64,000 nt of DNA from Ascoidea asiatica JCM 7603 (Eukaryota > Fungi > Ascomycota). Position numbers and translations under genes: made by a program. The DNA lies in NCBI GenBank assembly GCA_001600695.1, contig BCKQ01000001.1, positions 1,515,011 to 1,579,010 on the forward strand. Direction: 5' to 3'. This document shows positions 33,535 to 45,068 of this stretch, piece after piece (position 1 is the stretch's first letter; each line of letters starts with the position of its first letter). The notes beneath the pieces were generated by a model. The model saw only the letters and a list, made by a program, of their open reading frames with translations. It was not told where the DNA came from and searched no databases.

Positions 33535-36500
33535 TTAACAACAATAGCAATAACAACAATAATAATAACAATAATAATAAAAATGGTCCAAATACTGCAA
33601 ATAATTCAAATTCAAATAGAAATCAGAGAGGTTCTCAATTTTCTCCTTCTGATTTAAATAAAATTGTTTTAGAATATTTAAATAAAAAAGGTTATAGAAA
33701 AACTGAATCAATGTTAAGACTTGAATCTCAAAGACTGTATACTTCAATTCCAAATCCTGTTAATCCAAATACAACTCCAATTCAAAATCATCCTCCAAAT
33801 CCATCTATTCCAATTCAAGCTCAAAAATCTTCAACTACCATAAATAATAATACTAATAATAATAATATAAATTCAAATTCAAATTCAAATCAAAATAATA
33901 ATAATACTAATGGTAATGGAATTATAAATAAATCTACACCTTCAAATACAAATACACCAACACCTACAACTAATACTTCAACTCCAACTCCAACTGCAAA
34001 TATAAATACGAATGGAAGTACAAATACAAATATAAATGGAAATATTAATGGAAATGCTAATCCAAATTCAACAATATCTTCAAATATTCCAAACAATACT
34101 TCCATTTCTAATAATAACGTTAATAAAATTAATACCGATAGCTCTACAACTAATACAAATAACTCAAATAATGTAAATAATTCAAACAATACAACTAATA
34201 TAAATAATAATACAAATAATGTAAATCAACGTCCGATTTCAAACCAATCAAATATGCTTAATTCTTCAAATAATCGAAATATTCAAAATACTCAGAATAT
34301 TCAAAAAAAAGATCCCAATTCATTATTAGACAAATTTAATATAGATAAAGTTGATCCATATTTATATGATAGAGCTTATAGATTATTAAAAAATTGGGTA
34401 GAAACTTCTCTTGATATTTATAGACCTGAATTAAATAAAATTTTATATCCTTTATTCATTCATTGTTTTTTAGATTTAATTGAAAAAAATGAAAGTGATA
34501 ATGCAAAACTTTTTTTTAATAATTTCAAAAATGATCATTTAATTTTACATAAATCTGAAATATTAAAATTAAATCCTATTTATTTGATTGAACATTTAAA
34601 TAATAATCCATTAGCAAAAGCTTTTAAAAATTTGAAATATAAATTATCTTTATCTAAAAATTCTTTATATTTATTATTATATTTCTTACATGAAAATGAA
34701 TCTGTTGGTGGTGGTTTATTAATTAGATTAATAAATCAATATTTAGAATTTTCCTCAAATAATAATTCTTTTCTATCAAATATTAATTTAAATCTATCTG
34801 ATTTCTCGAATAATAAATTAGATTCTTCTTTAACTGAAAATTTAAATTTACAATCACATTTAAATCCAAAAGAAGGCTTACCAGGCTATTCAACAATTAA
34901 TGAGTTAAATAAATTTAATCAACAAGAGGTTAAATTAGGTAATTATCCTATGGAAAATGATTTTGCTCAAGAAATTGAAGCTGATTTGAAAGATCAAGAT
35001 GAAAAAGAAGCTAATAAATTAGCTCAAAATAATAAAGCTTCAACCAGAATTACTTTATTTGAACAATTTCAAAAAATGAAAAAAGAAAATGTAATCACTG
35101 TTCTTGATGCTCCTAAAAAAGATGGTGAAAAAACGACCAAAAATACAAATAATAATAACAATAATACTAGTACTAATAATATTACTAGTAATGCTAATAA
35201 TAATAATAGTAATAATAATAATGATAATATAAATAATAACGCACCAAATAATTTGAATACCAATACAAACAATATTCCAACTTCTTCTAAACCTGATATA
35301 TCAAAAATGCATACACCTTCTTCTCCTACAAATGTACCGTTAATTTCTCCTGCAAAAAATACTTTACCATTACCACAAAAATCGTTTTTTGATCTTAAAA
35401 GAGAATTACTAAAAGTTCAAGATGCAAGAACCAGAATTCACTTAGGGGCTCAACAAGCTTCTGCACCTAGTGTTTGTATGTATACTTTTCATAATACTAA
35501 TGATTCATTAACATGCTTAGAATTTAATGAAAATTGTAATTTGATTGCAGGTGGATTTGAAGATAGTTATATTCAATTGTGGTCATTAGATGGGTCCTAC
35601 TTAAAATCAGTTGTTAAAAACGATAAATATAACGAAGATTACTCAAGAAAATTGGTTGGTCATAGTGATACTGTTTATGGATTATCTTTTAGTCCAGATA
35701 ATAGATATCTCTTATCAGCTTCAAGTGATAAAACTACAAGATTATGGTCTTTAGATACATATACTTCATTAGTTTCATATAAAGGCCATCTTGAACCTAT
35801 ATGGGATGTTAAATTTAGTCCATTTGGGCATTATTTTGCAACAGCTTCTCACGATCAAACTGCAGCATTATGGAGTTGTGATCATATTTATCCATTAAGA
35901 ATTTTTGCAGGACATTTAGATGATGTTGATTGTGTTGAATTTCATCCAAATTCTACTTACATATTCACTGGTTCAAGTGATAAATCTGTAAGAGCTTGGG
36001 ATGTGGCGTCGGGTAATTGTGTAAGAGTCTTTTTAGGCCATAGTGCGGGTATAAGCTGTATGGCTCCATCTCCAGATGGAAGATGGTTAGCAACTGCTGG
36101 ATATGATTCTCTAATAATTCTTTGGGATATTGGTACCGGAAAAAGAATAAAGGTTATGAGAGGACATGGAACCTCAACATCCATTAACTCATTATCTTTC
36201 TCAAGAGAAGGAAATGTTCTTGTTAGTGGTGGAAATGATAATTCAGTGAGAGTATGGGATGTTAAAATGGGAACTGCAGAATCAAATTCTGAACCTGAGA
36301 AATTTCATCTTAAGGGTGACTTCACAACAGCTACTCAATCATTAGATAAAATTGGCGGATTAGGAAATAAACTAAATCTCACATCGAAAAAGGACTCTAT
36401 TATGGGAAACAAAAATGAGGCTACTGAAAAACGTCGTAAAGAAGTAGTAACAACCTTTGATCATATGGCTCCTTTTTTTACCAAAAACACCCCAGTTTAT

Positions 36501-36557
36501 AAAGTTAAATTTACTAGACGAAACTTATGTCTATCTGCTGGCGCATTTAGAGGGTAA
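33399..36557 (+). CDS. TAF5: TFIID/SAGA subunit Taf5
   Basis: LisH motif (LNKIVLEYLNKKGYRKTESMLR), NTD2 (LYPLFIHCFLDLI), WD40 repeats and a C-terminal FTRRNLCL. Confidence 0.98.
33459..33580 (+). repeat. (AAT/AAC)n coding microsatellite, poly-Asn in Taf5
   Basis: Seen directly. Confidence 0.95.
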
Positions 36558-36791
36558 ATAATTTGGTTTTGAATAATCATTTATTATTTATTACTTTTCA
36601 AAATAATTTTTTTTGATGAAAAATTTGAAAAGCTTATGTATTTTTATCGTTAAATTAATTTCTAACATGTATTTTATCTCTTTTAGTTATTTCAAAACAT
36701 AAAATTACATAAAATTTAAAAACAATGTTTCGAATTGAGTCGATTCAAAGATATAAACTATAAAATTTGAGAGATTATATTCTTAACTCAA

Positions 36792-37822
36792 TCAATCATC
36801 ACCACGACTTCTAGGTTTCTTTTTTTCCGCTTCTATTTTCTTTTCTTCTTCAATTTTGTTAACGTAAGCTGCAACAGTAGCATTATCTAATCTTTCATAT
36901 TTATCAGGTCTCATCACAGCAATCTCAATGTTTTTAGCACCTGTTTGTACAACTTCTAAAAGACTTCTAATTGCTAAAGAAACAGTTGCTTCTTCATCCA
37001 TATCAGCTTTGTGATTTTTTTCTAGAAATTCACGAACAGTTTTACTACTTCTACCTATAGCATTAGCTTTCCAAGCTGAATATATTCCAGAAGGTTCAGT
37101 TTCATATAATCTTGGAGTTTTATCATTACTATCAAAACCTGCAATTAAGGTGGCAATACCAAATGGTCTAACACCACCGGATTGAGTATATCTTTGTTGA
37201 ACACCAGCAACATATTTAGTCAAATATTCAATTGTAACAGGATCCTCTAAATTTAATTTATGTGATTGAGCTTCGACTCTTGCTTTATCGATTAAAATTC
37301 TTGAATCCGCATTTAAACCAGCATAAGTCAATAAAACATGATTATCAATCTTATTAATTTTACTTGGAGTTGTACGAGGATCTTGTAATTTTAAAGTACT
37401 TCTTCTTTCACAACCTAAAACAACGACGGAACTTCCTTTGACACCAACTGCACAGGTTCCTCTTTTGACAGCTTCTGAAGCATATTCAACCTCTTTAAAT
37501 TAATAAAAATAAAAGTTAGTAAATTAAATCAAAAAGTTAACAATTGAGTTCTATTATTTCTGTTTATTGAAATTATCAATTGGAACATACGAAAAACATG
37601 ACCATCAGGACTAATTATATATAACTGTTAGTAAATTGAATTGAATTGAAGTAGATTAAATTGCTTTGCTATATCTTCTTTTGATCTTCACCAGGTCTGA
37701 TACAATTTCTGATCAATTATCTTGAACGGTGGCGATGGAACAGAAGCAATTTGAAAAAAAATGAATTAAGAACTGAAAAAAACATACCTGAAAATTGATA
37801 AAGCACGATCGTAACCACTCAT
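36792..37822 (-). CDS. PRE6: 20S proteasome alpha-4 subunit; exons 37788-37822, 37591-37610, 36792-37492 (251 aa)
   Basis: The spliced start reads [30 protein letters not shown]. Both introns have GTATGT donors and TACTAAC branch points (37627-37633, 37515-37521). Exon lengths 35+20+701 = 756 nt keep the frame. Confidence 0.96.
37493..37590 (-). other. PRE6 intron 2 (98 nt, AAG acceptor)
   Basis: GTATGT...TACTAAC...AAG; only this acceptor restores the conserved FQVEYA. Confidence 0.9.
37611..37787 (-). other. PRE6 intron 1 (177 nt)
   Basis: GTATGT...TACTAAC...TAG. Confidence 0.93.
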
Positions 37823-38144
37823 TGCTATTCTTTTATTCTAAATAATAAATAAATTAAACTGTAATATAAATTCAATTGAATTGTAAAAATATTAATATTC
37901 AATTACCGAAAGCGAAGTGGAGTTTAACTATTTCTTAGAATCTGTAAATAAGCATTACTGATATTTCTTTATCAAAGCGATTGAGATTCAACAGTACTGA
38001 GAGAGCGACGGGTAACGGATCCCACTCAAACATATCAAATATCAAATATCAAATATATCAAACATTATAACTTTAACGATATTAATTTTTCAGAACTCCA
38101 ACACATGTTTTAAAGAATACTCAACAAATCAAAAAAAAATAGAA

Positions 38145-39365
38145 ATGGACAATATAATTGCAGAAAAGAATACCCAGGAGGCGCAGATAAAAGTGGGTAA
38201 TATAGGTCAAAAACCTACAAGTAATGATGCAAAAGCATCTCCCAAATTTGAGATAATTGAGGCAGATCCTCCAGAAACAGTTGGGCATTTAGATCCAAGA
38301 AATAGAGCGAATTATTTATATCAAGCTTCAAATTTGCTTTTGAATTCAGATCCTACAGCTGACTTTGACAAAAAAGCAGTATCTGATGATTCATTTAATG
38401 CAGTATTGTCAAGATGTTATAACAATAACTTACAATGGATTGTTAAAAAGTCACTTATAAAAATTTCTCCTTCAATTAAACGAACGATTTGTAAAAAGTG
38501 TTTTAGAGCACAAATACCTGGAAAGACATGTAAAATTAGGCTTGTCAATAATAGTAAATTGAAAACTCCAAATAATGATATATTAACTGTTAAATGTATT
38601 TGTCAAAATGGCGAAAAGAGATATCCAATTGGAAAAAATAGATCTTATAAGCTTTTCACTGAAAGAGAAGATATAGTGTTTCCTGTTATAAATGGAGTCG
38701 TAATTAATAAAAACAAAAAGATAAATAAAGACTCAAATAAGAGTCAAAATAAAAACAAAATAAAAAATAAAAATAAAAATAACAATAACAATAACAATAA
38801 AAATAACAAAAATAAAAGTTGGAAAGATAAAGAAAATTCAAATCAAAATATAAAAGGGAAGAAATATGATAATCAAAATTCGAATGATAAAATAAATAAT
38901 GGCAGCCTTGAATTGGATATGAATATATTGATGGGAAACGAACCTTCAAAAGATTTGATAAAGGATTTGAATAAAACTGAAACTAAAAATAAACACAAAA
39001 ATCAAATAAGTAATCATATTGTTGAATTGGATATGGATATATTGATGGGAGATGAAATTCTAAAAGACTTGACAGACGATTCGAATAAACCTGAAACTGA
39101 ATATAAACAGAAAAATCAAATAAATATCCATAGCCTTGAATTGGATATGGATATATTGATGGGAGAGGAGCCTCCAAAGGATTTGATAAAAGATTCAATT
39201 AAAACTGAAACTGAATTCAAACAGAAAAATCAAATAAATAACCATAGCCTTGAATTGGATATGGATATATTAATAGGAGACAAACTTCCAAAAAAGGATT
39301 TGGACAAAACTGAAACTAAAGATAAAAAGAAAAATTCAAATGAGCTTGTGCTTTCTTTTGATTGA
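38145..39365 (+). CDS. RPR2: RNase P subunit Rpr2 (Rpp21) with a C-terminal repeat extension
   Basis: RANYLYQAS, IKRTICKKC and CIC..KRYPIG..YKLFTER match Rpr2. Confidence 0.88.
   Translation: MDNIIAEKNTQEAQIKVGNIGQKPTSNDAKASPKFEIIEADPPETVGHLDPRNRANYLYQASNLLLNSDPTADFDKKAVSDDSFNAVLSRCYNNNLQWIVKKSLIKISPSIKRTICKKCFRAQIPGKTCKIRLVNNSKLKTPNNDILTVKCICQNGEKRYPIGKNRSYKLFTEREDIVFPVINGVVINKNKKINKDSNKSQNKNKIKNKNKNNNNNNNKNNKNKSWKDKENSNQNIKGKKYDNQNSNDKINNGSLELDMNILMGNEPSKDLIKDLNKTETKNKHKNQISNHIVELDMDILMGDEILKDLTDDSNKPETEYKQKNQINIHSLELDMDILMGEEPPKDLIKDSIKTETEFKQKNQINNHSLELDMDILIGDKLPKKDLDKTETKDKKKNSNELVLSFD
38895..39330 (+). repeat. 114-bp coding minisatellite, ~4 copies (38-aa unit with ELDMDILMG)
   Basis: GAATTGGATATG recurs at 38910, 39024, 39138 and 39252, exactly 114 bp apart. 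Confidence 0.95.
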
Positions 39366-39485
39366 AATTTCTATAGAATTTATATATATTCTCTCTTTAG
39401 CTTTATAGACAGCTTTTTGACGCATCACGATTATTTTATTATTTTAGATATTTTAGATATTTTAGATAATAAACTAAGAATAAAT

Positions 39486-40532
39486 TTATGAGAAGTTTCT
39501 AGAGATCGCGTTGCTTGTTATCCTTGCAAATTCTTTTGTAGATTTACATGTAGATACAAAACTATGTTTAATTGATTCGTCCTTTGATATATCAATGTAA
39601 ATATTATTACTATTTTTAATATCCTCACTATTTTTTTTAGTATCATAATATCTTGAAAGAATTAAATCTCTTGTCTCATTTGAGACCCAATGATCTTTTT
39701 TAGCGAAAAAAAGCCATATTTTTTTAATATCCAAATCTTCAAAAAAATCATCATTGAATTCTTTATCAAATTTTATTTCATTCATTTCTTCTTTAGCTAA
39801 TTCTAATGCTTCTTTAACATAAAATGGATTTGTAATTAGATTGATTGAATTTGTTTTAAAAGATGCAGAAGTTTTAACTGATGTAAATTGCAAAATCAAT
39901 TTTATTATCCAAATTGGTATCAGATTACTTATAAAAGAACTTAGGCTTGAGATATAAGTTGGAAAATTTGGTAAGAAAGATAAAATTGTTGATAATTTTG
40001 AACCATTTTCTGATTTTGAAATATCTATGATTGTTGGAGTTATTAAACCAACAAATTTTATTGAATAACTTGATTTTAATTCTGAAATCATTCTTTGAAT
40101 GATATATGCACCAACTGAATGACCTAAAATATATAAACCTCTTTTATTTTTATTCTTATTTTTAGATTTTTTTTTGTTTTTGTTTTCTTCTTTGAATATC
40201 TCATTTATTATATCAATTTTATGTTTAATTTGATAATCTAGATCAAAATACTGATACTCATGATTAATACTCTCATTGATATTTATGTCTTCATAATTTT
40301 TTCTTTTTTTACAATCTTCAATATTACTAAAACCAGCTTGAGAAATACCTAAGATTTCAAAATTTAATAATTTTTCAGAAATCTCATTTAAATAATCTTC
40401 ATAAAATTCAATTAAACCTGGATTTCCTGGGATGAAAACTAATAATGGATTATTTGAATCTAATGGAGTTACTTTGGGTTTTATTTGATAAATGCTTGTA
40501 TAAATTGAATCAAAAACTAAGCCAGAATACAT
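39486..40532 (-). CDS. Lipid-droplet-associated alpha/beta hydrolase (LDAH / YPR147C-like)
   Basis: FIPGNPGLIEFY, nucleophile motif GHSVG, DHWV and a C-terminal HSF. Confidence 0.9.
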   Translation of the reverse strand: MYSGLVFDSIYTSIYQIKPKVTPLDSNNPLLVFIPGNPGLIEFYEDYLNEISEKLLNFEILGISQAGFSNIEDCKKRKNYEDININESINHEYQYFDLDYQIKHKIDIINEIFKEENKNKKKSKNKNKNKRGLYILGHSVGAYIIQRMISELKSSYSIKFVGLITPTIIDISKSENGSKLSTILSFLPNFPTYISSLSSFISNLIPIWIIKLILQFTSVKTSASFKTNSINLITNPFYVKEALELAKEEMNEIKFDKEFNDDFFEDLDIKKIWLFFAKKDHWVSNETRDLILSRYYDTKKNSEDIKNSNNIYIDISKDESIKHSFVSTCKSTKEFARITSNAISRNFS

Positions 40533-40928
40533 TTTCTATTTCAATAATCTTTTTTACAAATTAAAATAATTCAAGTATTTTAAATATACTTAAATTATAA
40601 ATTATAGATTATATCAGATTCTACTAAATCATTATAAATTAAAATATAATATTAGATCAATTCATGAAAATATGTTTTCTCGTCGAGTAAGAAGTCAAGA
40701 TTTAACTAAATTTGAAAAATATTTCGTCAAAGGTAAGTTAACGTTACCGCGATAAAACTTTTTGCTACGCTTCTACATTGGCTTCTACATTGGGATAATA
40801 TTAAAGATTTGGTTTCTTAAGTATTTTTTTACACCAAAGATAACAATTCTTGACTATTATGTAAATTAAAAGTCCTTAAATTTAAAGCCATATATATAAT
40901 TTTTTTTAACATCTGTGATTTGAGGTTT

Positions 40929-41687
40929 TTATTTTTTCTGACCTTGTGCAGCAACTGCAGCAGCACCAGCGGCTGCTGCTTCAGGATCTAAATAGTAAGG
41001 AGCCTTTACTGGTTTCAAGTTATCATCAAGCTCAAACACCAAAGGAATTCCAGTTGGAATATTGATTTCAGAAATCTCTTCAGAAGATATTCCTGTTAAA
41101 TGTTTATATAAACCTCGCAAAGAGTTTCCATGAGCTACCACTAATACAGTTTTATTTAATAGCAATTCTTTTGAAATTTCGTCTTGCCAATATGGTAGCA
41201 TTCTTTTAATAACTAATTTCAAAGATTCAGTTTTTGGTATAATTTGAGGATCAATACCAAAATATCTTTCATCATTAGATTGACTAAATTCATTATCATC
41301 CGAAATTGGAGGTGGTGGAATATTATAGGATCTTCTATATGTTTTAAATAAATCAGCGCCAAATTTTTTCAATGCTTCAGATTTATCTTTACCTTGTAAA
41401 TCTCCATAATGCCTTTCATTTAATCTCCAAGATCTTTTAACATCTAGAAATAATCTATCTGAAGCTTCTAATAAAATATTTGCGGTTTGAATGGCTCTTG
41501 ATAATTTCGAAGTAAATAAAATATCTGGTTTTAATCCAGATTCTTTTAATAGAATTCCTCCATTTCTTGCTTCTTTTTTACCCTTTTCAGTTAACTTAAC
41601 ATCAACCCAACCTGTAAATAAATTTTTTTCATTCCATTCACTTTGTCCATGACGAACTAAAATTAGTTTTTTGGTTTCAAATGGCAT
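40929..41687 (-). CDS. GPM1: Cofactor-dependent phosphoglycerate mutase
   Basis: LVRHGQSEWNEKNLFTGWVD, LNERHYG, AHGNSLR and an AAAGAAAVA tail. Confidence 0.95.
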   Translation of the reverse strand: MPFETKKLILVRHGQSEWNEKNLFTGWVDVKLTEKGKKEARNGGILLKESGLKPDILFTSKLSRAIQTANILLEASDRLFLDVKRSWRLNERHYGDLQGKDKSEALKKFGADLFKTYRRSYNIPPPPISDDNEFSQSNDERYFGIDPQIIPKTESLKLVIKRMLPYWQDEISKELLLNKTVLVVAHGNSLRGLYKHLTGISSEEISEINIPTGIPLVFELDDNLKPVKAPYYLDPEAAAAGAAAVAAQGQKK

Positions 41688-42506
41688 TTTTATTAATAGT
41701 TTTTTTGGTTAGATTTTTAAATTCGGTTCTATATTGAAATTAGATTTGGAATTAAAGTGAAATTAATAAGAATTTTAAATCAAATCATTTTGAAGCATAT
41801 TTATATTTTACTTGATTATTTTTGAGCATTTTCGAAAAGATGAATTATTCTAAATAATTTTGGCTCCATAAAAAAATGAAAAGCTACTAACTATGATAAA
41901 TAAGATAATAGCCAATCAGCAAGATATTTTCAGACAGTTCCAGTAAGTTCCGAACATATTCTAAAGTAAAAACAAAAGAGTTTGATTTGATATTCTAAAT
42001 TGATTATTATTATTATTTTTATTATTATTATTTGCAGTAATTTTATTATTATTTATCTGAATATTATGAATGTAATTCAATGTTGGTGTTTATTGATTGG
42101 TATTTCAATTTAGCTTTCCCCGGGGTCTGTGAACAAATAAAGAATACGGTTGAAAGAATTAAAAAAGGATTTTAGAGGAAGTTTAAATAAAGAAAAAATA
42201 ATAATCTACTATGTTTTTCGTTAAAAAATGAAAAATCAATTAACCACAGGCTACATTCTATTACAAAATACAGAAAATGATTCCAAAAAAGAGTTTTTTA
42301 TTATAAGTGAATAGAAAAAGTTAATAGATAAGAAACAAAAGTAAATATAAAAAAAGTAAAAAAGTTTTTAGTAAAAAAGAAAAAGAGTTATAAGTTTTTT
42401 CATATATTTTTTTGTATTTTATGAATTTTTTTTTGGGGTTTTATGATTTTGGGAATTTATTAGGAGTTTTTTGGATATGTTTATTTAGTTATTCTTTTTC
42501 TTTTTA

Positions 42507-43835
42507 TTAGAAAATACCACCAGGAAATTTATTATCAATAGTAGGATTACTTTCAACTGTTAAAAGCATCATTCCATGAATTGAGGTATGATGAGGTTCA
42601 TTGAAAAGATGGTAAAATATTTTAAATATATCTCCAAAGAACTTATCTACAATATGTTTGATGAATTATTTGGTCCAGTCTACAAGCTTTTCTTTGGTAT
42701 ATTCATCAGCAAATCTTTCTTTTCTACAATAAAAAACGTTGAATCCAACAGAATGTGATCAGGATAAAGCATCAGCAAAATCAGAATCTGATGATGTACT
42801 TGACATATTATAAAGATTAGAAGAATCAGTATTATCATTTCTTTTAACAATGGAAGAAAATTGTTGGACATCTTTGCCTTTGACATAAATTTTATCATCT
42901 TTTTCAGCTGAGTTTTGTTTTTTATTGTAATATTGATAAATTGCACTAGTTTCAGGAGTATAAGCTCTAATAATACATTGACTTCCATTTTCAAATAATC
43001 CAACTTCTAATTCAATATTTCCCATAAATATAGAAAATTCCCATTTTTTAACTTTTGTTTTACTATTTTTAGTTTCCTAATTGAGAATACTTAGTAAAAA
43101 CAATTTTATTATTTGAATCGTAACCAATAATTTCTGATGATCAAAGTTTATAACCTTTTTTATCATGTTTCATAAATCTATTATTTACAACTTCCTTAGC
43201 AAAAGCAAAATGACTAAATTTAAATTTCTTCTTACAATTGAAATCAGAATTAAAATCAGAAACATTTTTATTTGATTATGATCAATTGTAACAAGAGTAG
43301 TACCTACAGTTAAAATCAAAGCAGAAGTAATTAATAAAGTGCTAGAAGCAGTCAAAGTGGTTCCAATTGAATGAGCACTACATTCAAATGCTTTTCCTGG
43401 TGCAATTTTCCATTCAGCACAATTACCAGCATGAATAAAAACACCACTACAAGAAATGGACATTTTTGCAACATTAAAAGCAAGACCAACAAAATTTTCC
43501 ATAGCAGATCACATTTCACCTGCAATTAAAGTAGTTCTAGCGGGTGTAAGTCCATTATCAGTTAAATTTTTTTGATTTTTTTTAAATTATGCATAATTGA
43601 AGTTATTAATATCGATTGCAGCGCTTTCGGTACTTTTGACAATACTATTATTTACAATAGTAGTAGTGATATCGGGATTGACTGATTGCTCATCATTTGA
43701 AGTGGTGGTTGAGTTGAAAAATAAATTGAAAGATGAACCTAAAGTTGGAGGTTGAGATGGTAATGGAACTGGAATTGATTGAACAGTTAACAAGATTATA
43801 AGATTAGTTCAAAAAAATTTAGATGATAATCTCAT
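42507..43835 (-). pseudogene. Disabled secreted-protein gene resembling K1/K1L (KKT) killer preprotoxins
   Basis: ATG 43835 to TAA 42507 spans 443 codons. Fragments 43587-43793, 43185-43502 and 42759-43025 share one frame, separated by single stops, with an apparent compensated frameshift at ~43270-43070. Layout: signal peptide, S/T/N-rich pro-region, Cys-containing hydrophobic domain, KR site, terminal domain with GFNVFYC and DNKFPGG. Confidence 0.7.
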
Positions 43836-44459
43836 TTTGAAATTCAATTTAATTACTTAATTATTTACTGTAGTTATTAATATTATGATTGATTTTCTTT
43901 TATTTTTATATTTTTATATTTTTATTACTAGTATTAAAATAGTATATTAACCTTAATAATAGAAAATAAAGATTAAAATGTAAAGAGCAAAAAAGAAGAA
44001 AAAATATAGACTCTCCATTTAGCAGAGAGAATATATTCTGTTTATATATTCAATTTATTCAGTATAATTCATCTTCAAAGATTGATTATATTTTAGATGA
44101 ATAGCAAATTACAATTATTTACATGTTTGATTTTGCTTTCATTAGATAACATTTTAGACATTTAAGGAATTAGATATGATAATTCAGATATTTAGTCGTG
44201 TTTGATTCCAATTTATTATAGAAATATCATAACTTATAAACTTTATTTTATTTGAATTAATCTATGTTATCTGATTCCATTATATCATAATATTGTACTT
44301 TTAATATTTAAAAAAATGGACCAAAAAGTAGTGTTATACGGAAGATTCTATTCTTTATACCATGGTCTGTACCACAAATATGGTTTCTACTTTGATATAT
44401 GCTGTTCGATAATATACAAACACAGATAACACTGATATTTTTTTAATCATTGTTGAAAA

Positions 44460-44510
44460 AAATTGTTGCTACTTGAACTTCAAGTAACATATAATATTAA
44501 GCAACAATTT
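44460..44510. repeat. Nested inverted repeat
   Basis: AAATTGTTGCT(44460-70)/AGCAACAATTT(44500-10) enclosing TACTTGAA-C-TTCAAGTA(44470-86). Confidence 0.8.
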
Positions 44511-45068
44511 ACCACTTCCTATTCAGAGTTTCTTATTGTGATTTTCATTCAGTTTTGCTGTATATTTTAGAATTTTCAACATAGTATGGAACGCAAAATC
44601 AAAAACTCCAGTCAAAAATAAAGTTCAGCTTGATGCATTATAAAGCATATGATACTTGATCATAAACGTTATTTTAACAATCTTAGAAAATGGTTTTTCA
44701 TATTTACAAGTTTCTGCAGTTATACAATTATTGAAAATTGCAGGCCAAGTACTATATTATAGCTTATAAGTAAGAATTTCAAATAGTTCAACAAACCAAT
44801 TTCCTAATTTAAAGCAAATTAACAAAAAGGGAATTAAAAAATTTTAAATAGAATCTTTTCAGTTCTTTTGAGATTAATTGGAAAAATGCCAGAAAAAAAA
44901 AGTGAAGCAAAGTATGTAAAGTTTAACAGCATTAGTTTTGAGAATACTAGCAATCTACATTTTTACAAAAATTATTTTATACATATGTAAATTAGTGAAA
45001 TAAAAAAAAATTAAAAGAGAAGTTCCAAAGAGATTAGGCAATAAATAAATAGAAATTTTATCTTTAGT

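Noticed and set aside
42507-43835. Idea that the TGA stops in the toxin-like gene reflect recoding or editing
   Set aside because: TAA stops and frameshifts are also present, so ordinary decay (or assembly error) is simpler.
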